Below, one piece after another: positions 60,501 through 64,000 of a stretch of 64,000 nucleotides of DNA. The position numbers and the translations under genes are program-made. Origin of the DNA: Lama glama (lineage: Eukaryota); NCBI GenBank assembly GCA_028534125.1, contig CM052820.1:434001-498000 (forward strand), in the 5' to 3' direction. Position 1 is the first letter of the stretch. Each line of letters begins with the position of its first letter. The notes under the pieces are model-generated. The model had not been told where the DNA came from, ran no database searches, and was given only the letters and a program-made list of their open reading frames with translations.

Positions 60501-61158
60501 ACGCACGTGCCCCAGTACACCTGTGGGGAGTCCTGGCAGCGAGGACCTCAGCTTGGGTCATGCGCCTTCAGAGGCGGCTCCAGCCTTCTCAGATCTTTCT
60601 CCTCCTCTAGGCTCTGCGACACCAGTCCTGGAAGCGCAGCATTAACCACAGGACGAGCACGAGGCCAGTGCTGGCACGGCGCCTGCAGAAGCCCACCCAA
60701 CACGTCCTCCCATGCTGCGGGGACTTCTGTGCCCGGGACACACTGGCCTCTGGGCTGGGTTTGGAGACCCTCCAGTCACATGGCAGTTTGAGGGTCTAAG
60801 CACATACAGACCAGGGCTTCTCACGCCTTCGTGTGCAGGACAGTCATCCAGGATCTTGTTAAAAAGCCGATTTTGATTCTGCCTGCATCTGCGGTGGGCT
60901 GGGGCCCGAGATCCCACATCTGCAACAAGCTCCCCGAAGTCCCACAACAGCCCACCCACCCGCAAGCTCATTCCAGCCAGGGCTCCAGGCGGAGCCCCTC
61001 CCACAACTCAAACACATTTTACTCGGTGGGACCAGCCAGCTGAAGCATCAGCAGCCCCGCGTTCCACTCACCCAGAACTCCTGCAGCTCTGTGAGGTGGC
61101 TGACGTTTTCAATCTTTTTGATTCTATTCGATGCAATGTCCAACATTGTGAGTTTGTT
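51354..61158 (-). CDS. PPP1R7: PPP1R7 / sds22 (PP1 regulatory subunit 7, LRR protein), last two coding exons; rest lies beyond window end
   Basis: Spliced peptide NKLTMLDIASNRIKKIENVSHLTELQEFW|MNDNLLESWSDLDELKGARNLETVYLERNPLQRDPQYRRKVMLALPTVRQIDATFVRF*: sds22-type LRR plus LRR cap. Confidence 0.96.
52850..53700 (-). mobile_element. L2 fragment
   Basis: Purine-rich + strand with L2-like TTGAAGGTAGAG and GATTCCAAGATTTCTG; limits approximate. Confidence 0.55.
54396..54463. repeat. 34-bp tandem duplication
   Basis: CCAAACTCGGYCTCCCCTGGAGACTCTGCTGGAG x2, one mismatch. Confidence 0.9.
55900..56520 (-). mobile_element. Old L1MC-like 3'-end fragment
   Basis: AGATTAAGCATTTTTGGCAGGGAT and TTCCCCTTTGCAATCAGCAAGT motifs. 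Confidence 0.55.
57880..59600 (+). mobile_element. Old L1M ORF1 / ORF2-endonuclease fragments in the PPP1R7 last intron
   Basis: ORF1-like (AACTGTAAATTCACAGATCCAAAAAGC) and EN-like (GGGACATTGCACATGATAAAGG, GAGATTTCAAC) motifs. Confidence 0.65.
60810..60940. mobile_element. MER5A-like DNA transposon fossil
   Basis: GATCTTGTTAAAAAGCCGATT...GGGGCCCGAGATCCCACATCTGCAACAAGCTCCC. Confidence 0.6.
61072..61158 (-). CDS. PPP1R7: PPP1R7 penultimate coding exon (29 aa, absent from the ORF track)
   Basis: TTATTTTAG acceptor, GTGAGT donor, 87 nt, one LRR. Confidence 0.95.
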
Positions 61159-64000
61159 CTAAAATAAGGAAATAAATGTTTCGTAGATTACCTCAGTTCA
61201 GAGTCTGTGACCATGAGCACAGTGCTGGGCCTGGGCACGGAGCCGGGGGCGGCTGACCTCTGCCTCCCAGGACAGGCGCGTGTGAACCAGGTGCAGACCC
61301 TGCCCACTGCCCGCCCCTGCTTTCGTTTACACACAGAATCCTCACAACCACCTTATGCAGCTCTCATTCTCACTAGGATCTGAAACTGGCTCCACGAGAC
61401 CCCAAGGACCCCACAGAGAGCTGTCCTGGGAGAAGCAGAGAACACCTGCCCGAAAGCTCTGGGAGGCTGCGGCACCTGAGCAGAAGGGCTGACCACAAAG
61501 AAGGGCGGCGATAGTTACTCGGTGCGCGTCTCGAGGACACACAACTCCAGTGACACTCAGAACAGAATTCCTTTCATTTAGGGATGAGGAGCCCGGGTGT
61601 GGTGAGGGCAAGAAGCTGCCAGGCACAAGGGGAGGTGGTGCTGCCAGGCCCAGGCCCAGGCTTCTGGAAGGGGCCCTCCTCCCGGCAAGAGGCCACCAGG
61701 AGGAAGGGGCGAACCGAGGAAGGCCTGGGCCTGAGGGACAGCGGGTCCAGCGCGGGCCGGGGACTTACAGCTGGCGGGGCGAGAAGGGGCGCTCGGCCCC
61801 GCTGGGGACTCGACTCAAAAGCGCCCAGCAGATACTTTCCAATACGTATCAGCTCAGCCTGAGGAATATTTGTTTTAAAGATCAGAGTTTTAAAATTTAT
61901 CAGAGTGAGACTGTAGTGAAAATGATGTCTTTTAAAACTTGCATTGCTGGCTGAAGTATGTTTGAAAAAACAATTGGCAAGTTTTTCTGAAATCAGAAGG
62001 GAAACGTTATAGGTGGGTTGACAGCCCCCTCAGAGTTTATCCCCCTCCTTTTGCCCGGTTCTGACTGAGGGCTCCCTCATCACACTTCCTGCTGCATTCC
62101 TGGGATTCTGCTTCCAAACCAAGTCTTAAGGGAAAGTTAAAAAAAAAGTCTCAATAAAATAAAAACACCTGCCCCTGCCCCCCCACAAGCAGGCAGCCAG
62201 CAGCCCTGCTGATGCTAACGCCCCGGGCCCCGTCTCTGGCTCCAAGGGCTCCCCTAGTCCGCTTGCGTTATGCCCACACGGCTGCTCAGATTGGGGTGAT
62301 ATCTACGGGCCAGGAGGCTCCTGTCTGCAGAGCTATGGGGTTTCGGAGCAAACAGGGACTTAGCAGAACTCTGCAAAGAGGAGCCCAGTGGGCAGCAGGG
62401 TGGGTCAGGCCAGGTCCAGCCCCTGACCCACTCTGCTGGGTGTGCAGACACAGAAACCGCAAAGCAGCTGTGCTTGGTCCTCGTGCAGCCCAAGCACAGG
62501 CTCAGCCCCAGGGTGTCCAGCTGCTGGATCTGGCCCCAAAGCCCTGAGCACAAGGACGCGGGCATGCGCTCAACACTGTATCATGTTTTTCTGAGGGGCT
62601 GCACAGTGTTTTGAAAGCTCATTCAAAAGCAAACCAGTAAGAACTGCTTAAAAAGAAAAAAAAAAGAGGAGCGGGATGGCGTAGGGAGAGCGAGCACACC
62701 AGAGACGGCCACATCCATGCCACCACCTGCCAGGCCAGGGCAGAAGGCCCGGGACAGGAGCAGCAGCCACAGGGCAGAGGCGGCGCCCGGCACACTGCGG
62801 GAGTCGTCTGCGCTGTCCAGACAGCAGGTTTGCTGTTTGGGAAGAAGATACGCTACTTCCTGACCTCACACCACAAAAGTACATCCCAGGTAAATTAAAA
62901 CAGATAAAGCTTAGAAGAAAATGCAGGTGGACACACATGGCCTCTGGTCGAATAAAGATCTCGGGGGAAAGACTGTCGTGTCTGACCATGATGGGGGTCA
63001 CAACAACCGCCTTTAGAGCCACAACTGTGTTCTCGCACTGTTCTGTTTCAGAGGCCCCCAAAGGGTCTGGTGCTGATGCAGCCCACGGTGTCGCGCTCTG
63101 GCTGGTAACCCGAGTTCTCACCCTGTCTTGTTTGCCTGAGGCTCGCCGCAGGCATGCCATCTCCTGAGCGGCTCCTCTGGCTGACCTCTCAGCACTCTGC
63201 CCCCCATTTCCACGCCAGCTCTGTAAACTTGGCCTGACTACGAGGAGGAGGAAGGTGAGGAGACCTATTGTAGGAATGCCCTAGCTCTTCTAAAATTTGA
63301 TGCACATGTTGGTGAAGTAAAATTTAGAAGGCAGTCTCTCCCCAAAACATTAATGATGACTAGGCCCAGGGGCTGAGGCATGAAAGCCAAAGGAGTCTTA
63401 ACTAAGACTGAAATGCTGTGTTTACAACAGAACTGACCAACTCACTAGCAACTAAACAAAACAGGAAAAAAAAAAACAGTAAAATAGAACGAGTAAAAGC
63501 ATTTTATTTGCCTTGAACACTGCACTGAGGAGGAGCAGGTTTGCCTGCAGGCAGCAGAGGAGGATAAGGGCCTCCTGGAGCTCAGAGCCAGCCTGCCATG
63601 CCCTCCCAGGTGGGCCTGGGACAGGCCTGGCCAGCGAGGCGGGGAGGGCTGGGCAGGGGCTCGGGGAGCCGGAGACGCCTGCTAGCCCTGCATGGTATGG
63701 GGGCACCCAGGAGCAGCTAGGGTTCACTTTTTAAAAATCCTCCCCAATGCCCACAGGGCTGCCAGGAGCCCTGCAGTGAATCTGCCCCGGCCCTGCACAG
63801 TTCTGCTCCCTCAGGCCCCGGCTGCTCATGCCTGCCTGTCCCAGCAGGTGAGCAGGGACCACCTGGCTCTCTGCATCAGGGGTCAGCACCTTCAACCCCG
63901 AGGGACAACCACCCTACAGAGAGGGCCCTGGAAACCAGTGCGTGCCACCTGCCTGGTGCCCCGAGTCCACCCAGGGCCCCGCACCCGCCTGCTGCCCGCC

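Overview
GC-rich mammalian genomic DNA covering the HDLBP-ANO7-PPP1R7 syntenic block (human 2q37.3 equivalent). The tRNA-derived SINEs and the young LINE-1 3' ends resemble camelid (alpaca/camel) elements; that is recalled similarity, not a search result. (1) + strand, 1-18.8 kb: the last 21 coding exons of HDLBP (vigilin), all GT-AG, splicing into an uninterrupted 923-aa frame plus stop. (2) - strand, about 22.8-46.7 kb: 23 recognisable ANO7 (TMEM16G/NGEP) exon remnants in the expected order, carrying a premature stop, at least 10 frameshifting indels, several in-frame deletions/duplications and 5 non-GT donors. This reads as a unitary pseudogene (gene loss in situ) between two intact genes. 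(3) - strand, 51.2-61.2 kb: the last two coding exons of PPP1R7 (sds22). Introns hold L1, L2, MIR, MaLR, MER and SINE remnants, several with visible target-site duplications, and one 500-N gap. ANO7 lesions were judged against the human protein from memory and need an alignment. No prokaryote-type system (CRISPR, operon) and no evidence of a wholly new system was found; the ANO7 loss is the main novel signal.
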